Shown here one piece after another: positions 10,281 through 20,600 of a stretch of DNA of 64,000 nucleotides. The notes beneath the pieces are model-generated. The model was not told the DNA's origin, searched no databases, and worked only from the letters and a program-made list of their open reading frames with translations. The stretch comes from Patescibacteria group bacterium (GTDB lineage Bacteria; Patescibacteriota; Patescibacteriia; SBBC01; CAIJZX01): positions 2,873 to 66,872 of the forward strand of contig JBBTRH010000007.1 of assembly GCA_038065275.1 (NCBI GenBank), given 5' to 3'. Each line of letters starts with the position of its first letter. Positions within the stretch are counted from its first letter, which is position 1. Both the position numbers and the translations under genes were made by a program.

Positions 10281-10409
10281 GTGAAGCTCCGCCAGCAGGA
10301 GCTGGCGGCCTCACCGAGATGCGGTGCGGAGCGTAACCCCGCACCGGAGGCCGAGCGCACCATACTCCTCCACCGACAGAGTCGGTGGCCTCCTGGTGCG
10401 CGGGTAAAA
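10281..10409. repeat. GC-rich structured repeat, copy 2
   Basis: 129 nt identical to the copy-1 core. It lies in the rpsF upstream region. Confidence 0.75.
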
Positions 10410-10595
10410 GTGGGGCTGGGCTTGCCAGGTTTTCCGGCTCATGGTACCCTGCGTCCACGATGGTTGTGTCCCGAAGCGCTACGGCCTTCGGGACTCCCCG
10501 CAGATTGTGGGGACCCGCGCGCCATCGATCCGATCGAGGCACACCTTCGACGGTCATGGCGGGCGCCTCCCGCTTATTAGGTATTCATCCACTCC

Positions 10596-11087
10596 ATGCC
10601 ACAGCACTACGAACTCCTCTACATCATACCCGGCACCAAAGGCGAAGACGAAGTCCCGGCTCTGACCGCCCAAATTCACGAGCTACTCAAGACGAATGGC
10701 GCCGCTATCGTCAAGAACGATTTTTGGGGCAAGCGTAAACTGGCTTATGAAATTAATCACATTCGCTATGGCTACTACGACACCGTTGATTTCGACATGG
10801 AATCGACGAAACTCGGCGCCCTGGAACAAGCTCTGCGCTTAAACGCCGGCATCTTACGATCCCAAATCACCAAACGCAAAGTTTTGACGTCCGAACAACA
10901 GACCGCCGCCACCCAGCTTCGCGAACGCATCACCGCCAAGCGCGAAGTGGCCAAAGAGAAAGAAGCCGCGGCCATGCTCAAACCGGCCGCACCGGTCGCC
11001 GCACCGGTCGCACCGGCCCCGGTTGAGACCAAGCAACTCGAAGAAAAGCTGGAGGAGATTCTTGGGTCAGACAAAGTTGAATTTTAA
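10596..11087 (+). CDS. rpsF: 30S ribosomal protein S6
   Basis: MPQHYELLYIIPG...; heads the conserved rpsF-ssb-rpsR arrangement. Confidence 0.9.
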   Translation: MPQHYELLYIIPGTKGEDEVPALTAQIHELLKTNGAAIVKNDFWGKRKLAYEINHIRYGYYDTVDFDMESTKLGALEQALRLNAGILRSQITKRKVLTSEQQTAATQLRERITAKREVAKEKEAAAMLKPAAPVAAPVAPAPVETKQLEEKLEEILGSDKVEF

Positions 11088-11111
11088 ACATCGTTCACTC
11101 ATTACACGCCT

Positions 11112-11564
11112 ATGAGTTTTAGCCTCAACCGCGCCACCATTCTCGGCAATATCACCCGCGACCCCGAGTCGCGGACGACCACCAGCGGCCAGTCAGTCGT
11201 CTCGTTCAGTGTTGCCACCAACCGCCGCTGGAAGGATCAAACCTCGGGCGAACTGAAAGAAGCCACCGAGTTCCATAACTGCGTCGCCTGGAGCAAGCTG
11301 GCCCAGACGATCAGTACCTACGTCCGCAAAGGCAGTAAAGTCTACGTCGAAGGCCGGATCCAGACCCGTTCCTGGGACGACCCGACCGGCGTCAAGAAGT
11401 ACCGCACTGAAATCGTGGCCGATAATCTGATTATGCTCGACAAGAAAGGCGACGCTCCGTCCGGCGCCGCTCCGGCTACTCCAGTCACAGCGCCAGCCGA
11501 TCCTACCGCCCAACCCGCCGCGCCGACCGAGGCCGAGATAAATATTGAAGACATCCCCTTCTAA
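11112..11564 (+). CDS. ssb: Single-stranded DNA-binding protein
   Basis: OB-fold N-terminus; Pro/Ala-rich linker; acidic C-terminal tail ...EDIPF. Confidence 0.9.
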   Translation: MSFSLNRATILGNITRDPESRTTTSGQSVVSFSVATNRRWKDQTSGELKEATEFHNCVAWSKLAQTISTYVRKGSKVYVEGRIQTRSWDDPTGVKKYRTEIVADNLIMLDKKGDAPSGAAPATPVTAPADPTAQPAAPTEAEINIEDIPF

Positions 11565-11587
11565 TTTATAAACGGTCAGCCCATTAA

Positions 11588-11650
11588 CCAACTAACGAGC
11601 TATCAAGCTAACCGTCTAACCGGCTAGCCAGCTAACGAGCTAACCAGCTG
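11588..11650. repeat. GCTAAC-type short tandem/degenerate repeat tract
   Basis: AACCAACTAACGAGCTATCAAGCTAACCGTCTAACCGGCTAGCCAGCTAACGAGCTAACCAGCTG immediately 5' of the rpsR ATG. Confidence 0.6.
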
Positions 11651-11654
11651 CCCC

Positions 11655-11888
11655 ATGCGTCCTAAACCATCTCACGCCCCGCTCAAAGAGCGAACCTGTT
11701 ACCTCTGCGCCAACGTCATCGATGACCTCGACTACAAGGATGTCCGCAGTCTCCAGCGCTTCACCTCGGCCTCGGGCAAGATATTTCCCCGCCGCCGGAG
11801 CGGTGCCTGCATGAAACATCAGCGCGTCATCGCCGAGGCCATCAAACGCGCCCGGATCATGGCCCTGTTGCCGTTCACGACGCACTAA
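11655..11888 (+). CDS. rpsR: 30S ribosomal protein S18
   Basis: 77 aa: [36 protein letters not shown]... Confidence 0.9.
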   Translation: MRPKPSHAPLKERTCYLCANVIDDLDYKDVRSLQRFTSASGKIFPRRRSGACMKHQRVIAEAIKRARIMALLPFTTH

Positions 11889-11904
11889 CGTTTGCCGTAC
11901 GGAT

Positions 11905-12468
11905 ATGCTGGACATGAACGATATTCGCGTCGGCACGTTGGTTAAAATCAACCGCCAGCCGTACGTTTGTTTGTGGTCGGACTTCATGCGCACCGCCCAG
12001 CGCAAACCAGTTCGCCGCACCAAGCTGAAGAATCTCATCACCGGCAACATCCTTGAACAGACTTTCAAGCACGGTGATAAAATCGAGGAAGCCGATGTGG
12101 AACGGAGCAAGGCCAGCTATCTGTACTCCGACGCCACCGGTGCCCATTTCATGGACAGCACCAGTTACGAGCAAGTCGCCGTGCCGAAAGAAATGGTCGC
12201 TGAGCAATTACATTTCATGAAAGACGGCACCGAGTACACGCTTGTCAACTTCGAGGGCCAGCCGATCACTGTCGAACTGCCGAAGAAAATCGAACTAAAA
12301 GTGACCGAGACGAACGACGTGGTCCGCGGAGACACGACCGGCGCGGTGCTCAAAGACGCCACTCTCGAAACCGGTCACGTCGTCAAGGTCCCGCAATTTG
12401 TTAAGACCGGCGACGTCATCAGAATAAATACAGAGACCGAAGAGTATACGGAGCGCGTTACCGAATAA
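11905..12468 (+). CDS. efp: Elongation factor P
   Basis: 187 aa with KOW-like N-terminus and the conserved lysine region KNLITGNILEQTFKHGDKIE. Confidence 0.85.
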   Translation: MLDMNDIRVGTLVKINRQPYVCLWSDFMRTAQRKPVRRTKLKNLITGNILEQTFKHGDKIEEADVERSKASYLYSDATGAHFMDSTSYEQVAVPKEMVAEQLHFMKDGTEYTLVNFEGQPITVELPKKIELKVTETNDVVRGDTTGAVLKDATLETGHVVKVPQFVKTGDVIRINTETEEYTERVTE

Positions 12469-12484
12469 TTTCTCCACCAATGTA

Positions 12485-12526
12485 CAGCCACAGGCTCCCC
12501 AGCCTGTGGCTGTTGTTTACGTTTTC
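12485..12526. terminator. Bidirectional intrinsic terminator between efp and recA (convergent)
   Basis: CAGCCACAGGC-TCCCC-AGCCTGTGGCTG followed by a T-rich tract. Confidence 0.65.
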
Positions 12527-13621
12527 TTATTCCTTTTTCTCCGGTTCGCTTGTGGCCGGCTCCGGCACACTCGGCATTCGCCCGATCGCATCGTCCTCGA
12601 TTTGCCGTTCTTTCGCCACCGACAGCACCTTGAGGCGCACTTCTTCCGTCACTTTCGGGTTATCATGAAGGTACTGTTTGCATGCCTCGCGCCCGACGCC
12701 GAGCTTCACCTCGCCGTAGGCCATCGTGTTACCTGATTTGGTCAGCACACCATACTGGAGCGCCGTGTCGAGCACATCGCCTTCGAGATTAATTCCCTGG
12801 TTATACAGAATGTCGAACTCGGCTTGGCGGAATGGGGCGGCGACTTTATTTTTCACCACTTTAGCTTTCGTCCGGTTGCCGACAATCTTGTCGCCGAGTT
12901 TCAGTTGACCGATACGGCGGACTTCAATCCGCACCGAGCAGTAAAACTTCAAGGCCGTGCCGCCGGTGGTTGTTTCCGGGTTGCCGAAGAACACGCCGAT
13001 CTTCATGCGCGTCTGGTTGATGAAGATGACGATAGTTTTTGTTTTGGACACAATGGCGGTCAGCTTGCGGAGCGCCTGGGACATTAAGCGCGCCTGTAAC
13101 CCCATGTGTGAGTCGCCCATTTCGCCTTCAATCTCCGCTTTCGGCGTCAAGGCGGCCACCGAGTCAATTACCACGACATCAACGGCATTCGAGCGCACCA
13201 ATGTTTCCACAATTTCCAGCGCTTGTTCGCCGGAATCCGGCTGTGAGATGAGGAGGTCGTCAATATTGACCCCGAGTTTCTTAGCATAACTTGGGTCAAG
13301 GGCATGCTCGGCGTCAACGAAGGCGGCGGTCCCGCCGAGTTTCTGAACTTCGGCCACGATGTGCTGGGCCAGCGTTGTTTTCCCCGATGCTTCCGGACCG
13401 AAAATCTCAATTACCCGTCCGCGCGGCACGCCGCCCACTCCCAGGGCCAGGTCCAACGACAAACAACCGGTCGAGACGACATCGACGTCCATCGCCCGCG
13501 CTTCGCTGAACTTCATGATCGAGCCTTCGCCGAAGCGTTCGCGAATCTGCTCGACCGCCGCCCAAGCGGCATTATGCTTAACTTCTCCCGCTGAGCGGGA
13601 CTCTTTTTGGCCTTTGGCCAT
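12527..13621 (-). CDS. recA: Recombinase A
   Basis: Walker [12 protein letters not shown] and the canonical RecA core (…[10 protein letters not shown]…IDSVAAL…). Confidence 0.95.
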   Translation of the reverse strand: MAKGQKESRSAGEVKHNAAWAAVEQIRERFGEGSIMKFSEARAMDVDVVSTGCLSLDLALGVGGVPRGRVIEIFGPEASGKTTLAQHIVAEVQKLGGTAAFVDAEHALDPSYAKKLGVNIDDLLISQPDSGEQALEIVETLVRSNAVDVVVIDSVAALTPKAEIEGEMGDSHMGLQARLMSQALRKLTAIVSKTKTIVIFINQTRMKIGVFFGNPETTTGGTALKFYCSVRIEVRRIGQLKLGDKIVGNRTKAKVVKNKVAAPFRQAEFDILYNQGINLEGDVLDTALQYGVLTKSGNTMAYGEVKLGVGREACKQYLHDNPKVTEEVRLKVLSVAKERQIEDDAIGRMPSVPEPATSEPEKKE

Positions 13622-13733
13622 AGTATTGTTCCTTCCGCCGCTCGTCTCCCCACGAATCGGGGGCAGTCGGGGCTTAATAACTATAGGTTAACCGAAGAAA
13701 TACCGAATGTCAAGACTGTCCCTGTGGATAACT

Positions 13734-13913
13734 ACCTCCCCGTAATAAGGTAACACCTTTTCATCCAATAATGCCTATCAAGTAAGTACCTGCACTAAAA
13801 ATCCTCATATCGCACCCCTCCTTGCGAAGGAGGGGTGTGTTGATGTACGTTGCTAGCGCTCATTTAAGATAAAGGGGGTAGAACATTGGGGCGATACTAT
13901 TTGACGGGGAGGT
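13734..13913. mobile_element. MITE-like element family (CCTCCCCCGTCAAATA TIR), copy A
   Basis: Terminal inverted repeats ACCTCCCCGTAATAA and TATTTGACGGGGAGGT. Internal hairpin CACCCCTCCTT-GCGA-AGGAGGGGTG. AT-rich and non-coding. Confidence 0.65.
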
Positions 13914-14003
13914 GGCGTCGATCGCACGTCTGGTGCGTGGGTAAGAACTTAGGGAAAAACGCCAACCGCCGCCCGTCGATCAAACCGGCGGCTTTCTATT
14001 GCC

Positions 14004-14702
14004 CTAACTATTCGTTGTGCTCGCCGGTGCCACAGCCGATTCGACAAGAATATTCCTGATTACCGTCCGCGGTCGGCTGTGTTTCTTAATGGCCGAAATT
14101 TTCAGCGCATTGAGTCCGATATGAAGGTCGATCGATTCATTAAACCGACCGTCACCGGAAGTCTGGACGTCCTGGTCGTTGATGGTCACCGTGGCGTTCG
14201 GGTCGGTCGTACCGCTGATGATCAAAGTCACGGCCGAGGTTGAAATATCCGTCGCCGGTTGCGTGACGGTCAACCGCGGGGGCAGGAAATTCCGCACAGC
14301 TTGGGTGCCGAGGTAGGTGACGGCTATGACCACGATGATGCCGGAGACGATGAAGCGAAGATGGCGCCGCACCCAGGGAAACTCCGTCGATGCTCGCGGG
14401 GTGAGGAGCGGCCGCGCGGTCGGTCCGGTCTTGGCCACCACGGCATATTCTTGCTCGAAGATCCCGACCGCCGTTTCCACGTCCGTCTCCAGCGCTTCCG
14501 CATACCGGCGGACGAACTGCCGAGCATAGACCAGCCCGGGCAAGTCACGATAACGCGATTCCTCGACGGCCGTGAGGTATTTCGAGGTGACGTGAATCCG
14601 CCGTCCGACGTCTTCAACTGACCATCCGGTTTCAGTCCGCAGGGCCCGTAGGCGGTCACCGAGCGTCGCCCCGGCCGTGAGCGGCCGCTTGGTGAACGTC
14701 AT
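14004..14702 (-). CDS. RodZ-like helix-turn-helix membrane protein
   Basis: N-terminal XRE-type HTH (LGDRLRALRTETGWSVEDVGRRIHVTSKYLTAVE), a single TM segment, then an extracytoplasmic domain. Confidence 0.6.
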   Translation of the reverse strand: MTFTKRPLTAGATLGDRLRALRTETGWSVEDVGRRIHVTSKYLTAVEESRYRDLPGLVYARQFVRRYAEALETDVETAVGIFEQEYAVVAKTGPTARPLLTPRASTEFPWVRRHLRFIVSGIIVVIAVTYLGTQAVRNFLPPRLTVTQPATDISTSAVTLIISGTTDPNATVTINDQDVQTSGDGRFNESIDLHIGLNALKISAIKKHSRPRTVIRNILVESAVAPASTTNS

Positions 14703-14775
14703 CCCGTTAGAGCGTTATATTGAAGCATTATTATTCTCATTACGGTCTGATCCGACGATGGCCGCTCTAACGGGA
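14703..14775. repeat. CCCGTTAGA hairpin element, copy 3
   Basis: CCCGTTAGAGCG (14703-14714) and CGCTCTAACGGGA (14763-14775). The element fills the whole 73-bp gap between the ftsK stop and the ATG of the RodZ-like gene. Confidence 0.75.
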
Positions 14776-17049
14776 TCATGCGCGGCCGGCCTCGTCCTCC
14801 CCGCCCCCGACCGGCGTCCGTTCATCGCTGGCTGGACTGTCATCAACGGGCAGGTCTCGCGGGTCGACCGGGATTCCATCCGCCGTGGCCGATACCTGAC
14901 CGGCATAGATTTCCCTAGGCTTGGCGCCGGAGCCGGGGCCGATGAATCCTTGTTGTTCAAGCAGATCCATGATGCGCGCCGCCCGGGCGTAACCGAGGCG
15001 AAGGCGGCGCTGGAGGAGAGTGGTCGAGGCTTTGCCGCTCTGGAGGATGACTTCTCTGGCTTGGGTCATCAGTTCGTCATCCCCGAGATCTTCCATGCTC
15101 CCGCTGATCATCGGCGCGGCTTTTTCGACGATGTCGTTCATATAATCCGGTCGGCCGCGTTGCTTAAGGAACTGGGTCACGCGTTCCACCTCTTTTTCCG
15201 AAACATAGGCGCCCTGCAAACGCTTCGGTTTGCTCAGCTCGGCCGAGACGAAGAGCATGTCTCCTTTGCCTAGCAATTTTTCGGCGCCAGAGGTGTCGAG
15301 AATCGTCCGCGAATCGATCTGCGAGGCGACGCTGAAGGCAATGCGGGCGGTGACGTTGGCCTTGATTAGGCCGGTGATAACATCGACTGACGGCCGTTGC
15401 GTGGCCAAGACGAGGTGGATGCCGACGGCTCGGGCCATTTGCGCCAACCGCACGATCGCGCCCTCGACTTCCTTGGCCGCGACCGACATCAAGTCAGCTA
15501 ACTCATCGATCACCACCACGATATAAGGCAGGTCGTCATTAATGTCTTTACGATAGGAGGCGATGTTGCGCTTGCCGGCGTTCTGGAATAACTGAAACCG
15601 GCGGTCCATTTCGCTGACCACCCAGCGCAGGGCGTTGATGGTCTTGATCGTGTCGGTAATGACCGGTGTTAAGAGGTGCGGGATGTCATTATACAACGAC
15701 AACTCGACTCGTTTTGGATCGACCAAGATGAGCTTCAAATCATCCGGCGAGTTGCTGTAGAGCAAACTCAGAATCAAACCGTTGATTTGCACCGATTTTC
15801 CCGAACCGGTCGCGCCGGCGATCAGCAGGTGCGGCAACGGATCGAGGTTGGCTACCCACGGTTGCCCGGACACGTCTTTGCCCAGTGAGAACGTCAAGTT
15901 CGACTTCCGGTTCTTAAAGTTGTCGGCTGTCAGGATATCGCGCAGATTGACCAGCGCCACGGCCTGATTCGGGACTTCAATGCCGACTAGGGACTTGCCG
16001 GGAATCGGCGCTTCAATGCGAATCGGGTGGGCGGCCAGGGCCAGGGCCAAGTCGTTGTATAGCGACGCGATCTGGGCTAAGCGTACTCCTTCCGACGGTT
16101 TGAGCGTGAACTGGGTGACCGTCGGGCCGACATTGACTTCGCCCATTTCGACCGCAATGCCGAAAGTTTCCAGCGTTTTGCGGATTTTTTCTTTATTCGC
16201 TTCAATGTTGCCGCTGGTCGGCTTGCCGGTCGATAGGTCCAGCAGGTCAAGCGGAATAGTGATCTGCCGCTTCTCTTTTTTCGCCGGTGCTGGCGGCCGG
16301 GGAGCGTCGGCTTCCTCCTCGTCCTCATCGCCGGCGCGATCATCGTCTGCCGGCGCATCAGCGATCGCTTGCTTCGTAAAACCCGGCGCGGCGTTTTCCG
16401 TTGCTTGCTCTTCATGGCCACCGGCATCCAGCGTTAATTTCCGGCGCCACCAGCGGTGACGGACCCAGGCCAAGAATTTCGCCGGCAGGTTCCCGCGATC
16501 GGCTAAGCCGCGCAGGGTCGTGTTGAACATGATCAACAGAGCGATAATAAACAATCCGGCCATGATCAGTCCGGCGGCCACCGCCCCGAACCCTTGGCGG
16601 AGCGGATAGTCCAATAACACGCCCAAGTATCCCCCGCCCTCACCGCCGATCGCCCGGCTGACCGACTCCGCCGCCGGCAGGAACAGTTGCAGGATGCCGG
16701 AGACGCTGATTACGGCTAAAACGAATCCGGCCCACTGGGTGGCGTTGATATGCAAACGCTCGGGAAACAGGAGCAGTGTCCCGACGACCGCTAGGTACAC
16801 CCAAATCACGTAGCGTTGCCAGCCCACCAATGTCCCCAACCCGCCGCTGATGGCGCTACCCAGACCGCTGGCGCCGTTGAAAACGCTCAACGCGCCAACC
16901 GCCGCCAGGATGAACAGCGCGACGATCGTGACGGCGCGGCGAGTTTCAGGAGTTAGCCTAGACCGCGGCGGTTCAGCCGAAACTGGGCGTCCGGATTGTT
17001 GATCGCCGTTGGCACGAGCGCGTCGCGCTGATCGTTTCGACTGAGCCAT
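14776..17049 (-). CDS. ftsK: DNA translocase FtsK
   Basis: N-terminal TM segments; FtsK/SpoIIIE motor with Walker A GATGSGKS; winged-helix C-terminus. Confidence 0.9.
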   Translation of the reverse strand: MAQSKRSARRARANGDQQSGRPVSAEPPRSRLTPETRRAVTIVALFILAAVGALSVFNGASGLGSAISGGLGTLVGWQRYVIWVYLAVVGTLLLFPERLHINATQWAGFVLAVISVSGILQLFLPAAESVSRAIGGEGGGYLGVLLDYPLRQGFGAVAAGLIMAGLFIIALLIMFNTTLRGLADRGNLPAKFLAWVRHRWWRRKLTLDAGGHEEQATENAAPGFTKQAIADAPADDDRAGDEDEEEADAPRPPAPAKKEKRQITIPLDLLDLSTGKPTSGNIEANKEKIRKTLETFGIAVEMGEVNVGPTVTQFTLKPSEGVRLAQIASLYNDLALALAAHPIRIEAPIPGKSLVGIEVPNQAVALVNLRDILTADNFKNRKSNLTFSLGKDVSGQPWVANLDPLPHLLIAGATGSGKSVQINGLILSLLYSNSPDDLKLILVDPKRVELSLYNDIPHLLTPVITDTIKTINALRWVVSEMDRRFQLFQNAGKRNIASYRKDINDDLPYIVVVIDELADLMSVAAKEVEGAIVRLAQMARAVGIHLVLATQRPSVDVITGLIKANVTARIAFSVASQIDSRTILDTSGAEKLLGKGDMLFVSAELSKPKRLQGAYVSEKEVERVTQFLKQRGRPDYMNDIVEKAAPMISGSMEDLGDDELMTQAREVILQSGKASTTLLQRRLRLGYARAARIMDLLEQQGFIGPGSGAKPREIYAGQVSATADGIPVDPRDLPVDDSPASDERTPVGGGEDEAGRA

Positions 17050-17130
17050 ATCCCGTTAGAAGCTATCTGAAAAAAAAGTGAATTGTTTGTTCATACGTGA
17101 TAAGCTTGTTATTACGGCTTCCAACGGGAC
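17050..17130. repeat. CCCGTTAGA hairpin element, copy 4
   Basis: CCCGTTAGAAGC (17052-17063) and GCTTCCAACGGG (17117-17128). It starts 1 bp upstream of the ftsK ATG. Confidence 0.7.
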
Positions 17131-17682
17131 ATGGAAGCGCTTAGGATAGCATAAAAATGGCCTTGCGGCAATCTGATTTGTAATCCTGACGCCCAGGCGA
17201 GGATAGAGTACGCTCGATACTATCCGGTGGCTGAGGAGAAGCTATGCCTCAACACGCCATCTTCACTACATACAGCACACGCTGGGGAGCATGCGCTGTG
17301 GGAAAAGGGGAGAGCTTGCGGAGCAAGAAAACTACTACCTCTTCAAACACCGTCGGCGCCCCCGCCGGCGGTCGCCGAAGAAGAATAAGTGTTACTCACT
17401 GTCAGCCCAAATTTTCCCGGGTCGTCCAATAGATTTAGCTTTCTAGGATCTCAAATTGTCCCTCTCTCAAAGCAAAAATGGGTAAATCCGCTTTATGCTT
17501 CTTCAATTTAGCATCTGCCTTACCCAATCAATGTTCGGCGCATTAATATTCACCCAAACTGTGTCGACCCGGCGTGAATGGGGTCGGCACAGTTTCTGTC
17601 TTTCGTACCCTCACCTGCCCCACTCCTCACCAGACCGCAACCATCCTCACCTATCCCGCCCTCGTGCGGAATGATGCGGTCT

Positions 17683-20600
17683 TTACGTCGCGGCGTTTTG
17701 GGCCGCTAGTTCATTCGCGGCGTTTTGGCGTTGATGAAGTTCGAATCCGGTCCCGGCCGGAATCGGTTTACCGATGATCACATTCTCCTTCAACCCGCGA
17801 AGCGGATCGATCTTACCCGAAACGGCGGCGTCGATTAAGACGCGGGCGGTTTCCTGGAATGAGGCGGCGGACAGCCAGCTTTCGGTGGTCAACGATGATT
17901 TCGTCACGCCGAGCAGGAGCGGTTCAATCTCCGGCGGCGACTTTTTTAGCCTGGCGATCAGCTCGTCGGCGACCGCCCGATCGACGATTTCCCCGACTAC
18001 TAGTTCAGTCCCGCCAGCCGACTTAACGTAGGCGCGGGAGAACATCTGGCGGACGATGATCTCGATGTGCTTGTCATTCAGGTATTGGCCCTGCGACGAA
18101 TAGATGAACTGGATTTCCTTGATGATGTATTTCTGCACCGCCTGACGGCCCTGGAGAACGTAGAGTTCCTGGAGATTAATCGATCCGTCGGTCAAGACGG
18201 CGCCGACATCCACCAGGTCGCCGTCGTTGACCCGCAAGATGGTATTGCCGGCCACGTCGAAGTCGGTCGTCGCTTGATGATCAAACTCGACGTAGGCCGC
18301 GGTAGGAGCGATCTTGACGATGCCGGCGCGTTTGGCCGTCACCGTCTTCTCGCCGATCGTCATCAGTAGCGCGCCGGCACTAACCCGAGCGCCGTCCTTG
18401 ACCTGGAGAACGGCTTTCACCTTGGCCCGCGCCTTCGGCAGGTCATAGCGGTCGTGGCCTGGCGCTTGATGGGCGAGCTTGATCACCCGGTGGTCGCCGC
18501 TGGAATCGATCTGTACTTGACCGGCCACGGTCGCTAACAGGGCCGGCGATTTCACCGGTCGGGCCTCGAACAACTCCTCGACCCGCGGCAAACCTTGAGT
18601 AATGTCATCACCACCGGCCACGCCGCCGGTATGGAACGTGCGCATGGTCAGCTGGGTGCCCGGTTCGCCGATTGATTGGGCAGCAATGATGCCAACGGCG
18701 GTGCCAATCTGCACCAGATCATTCCGGGCCAGGTCGTATCCGTAACAACGCTGGCAAACCCCCCGCACCGCTTTGCAGGACAGGACGGAGCGGATGGTGG
18801 CGGAGGTAAGGCGGGCCTTTTTTAGTTTGGCGACGATTTTCGGCGTCAACAGTTCGCCGTTCTTCACTAGCGTCTTCCCCTTCCCGTCGACCAGATCGGC
18901 CGCCAGCACCCGGCCGCTGATGCGGTGGATGATGTCGTAGCCCATCTCTTCGCTCTCGGCGGTGGTGATGGTGAACCCCTCAGTGTCGCCGCAGTCTTCC
19001 AGGTTGATCACCACATCCTGGGACACATCGACCAGCCGTCGCGTCAGATACCCGGCGTTAGCCGTCTTCAGCGCGGTGTCCGTTAGCCCTTTCCGCGCGC
19101 CGTGCGTGGAAATGAAGTATTCGAGCACATCGAACCCTTCCTTGAAACTGGCCTTGACCGGCAACTCGATAGTCTTCCCCGACGGGTTGCCGACCAACCC
19201 TTTCATGCCCATCATCTGGGTGGTTTGAGCCCACGATCCGCGCGCGCCGGAATTAATCATCATGTACACCGGGCCGAGCTTATTCAGCGTTTCTTTCGAA
19301 GCCGCTTGAATGTCTTCCTTAGCCGTCGTCCAGGTATTGATCACCCGGACATAGCGCTCGGTATCAGTCAGCAAACCGGCTTCGTAGGCTTCTTGAATTT
19401 CCCGGATGCGTTGTTCGGCGCGGGACAGAATGTCGGCTTTCTGGGCGGGGACTTCCAGGTCGCTCATGCCCCAGGAGATGCCGGACTGCGTGACGTATTT
19501 GAATCCGAAGTTCTTGACTGCGTCGAGCAGTTCAACCGTCCGCTCCTGGCCGAGCTCGACGAATGATCGTGAAACCAGCGCCGAGAGGGATTTCTTATCC
19601 ATGTTCTCGTTGATGAATCCGAGTTCCTTCGGCAAGATGCGGTTGAACAGAACGCGGCCGACCGTGGTGGCCATGCGTTCGCCCTCGATCCGGATAGTGA
19701 CCCGGGTCTGGAGGCCGATCCGGCCGGATTCGTAGGCTAGAATAGCCTCATCGGGGTGGGCAAAAGTGTAGTCTTTCTGGTCACCGGATTGAGTCATGTA
19801 GTAGCAACCCAAAACAATGTCCATGTTCGGCGTCATGACCGGCGTGCCGGTCGCCGGCTTGAGGAGGTTTTTCGTCGACATCATCAGGTTGGCCGCTTCC
19901 CACTTGGCCTGTTCGGTCAACGGCACGTGGACAGCCATCTGGTCGCCGTCGAAATCGGCATTAAAGGCACTGCAGACCAGCGGGTGGATCTGGATCGCCT
20001 TGCCTTCGATCAAAATGGGTTTGAAGGCTTGGATACCCAGGCGATGGAGGGTTGGGGCGCGGTTGAGGAGGACGGTCGCGCCCTTCGTCACCCCTTCCAA
20101 GATGTCCCAGACTTCGGGATGTCCGGCCTCAATGTACCGACCGGCGGAGCGGACGTTATGGACGTATTCGCGCTTGATCAACTCGGAGATGACGAACGGC
20201 CGAAAAAGTTCAAGGGCCATCCGTTTCGGCAGGCCGCACTGGTCGAGTCTGAGATACGGACCGATGACAATCACCGAACGGCCGGAGTAGTCGACCCGCT
20301 TGCCCAGGAGATTCTGACGGAACCGGCCTTGTTTGCCTTTCAGCATATCGGCGATTGAACGGAGCATCCGCTTTTGGCCGGTTGAGGCGGTGACCGTCTT
20401 GCCGTGACGGGCGCCGTTGTCGATCAAGGCGTCAACGGCTTCCTGTAGCATCCGTTTTTCGTTGCGGACGATGACTTCCGGAGCGTTAAGCTCAAGTAAT
20501 CGCTTCAGACGGTTATTCCGGTTAATGACCCGGCGGTACAGATCATTCAAGTCAGAGGTGGCGAACCGGCCGCCGTCGAGCTGGACCATCGGTCGGAGAT

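Noticed and set aside
17244-17432. 62-aa ORF in the ftsK-rpoC spacer
   Set aside because: No RBS, Arg/Gly-rich junk-like composition.
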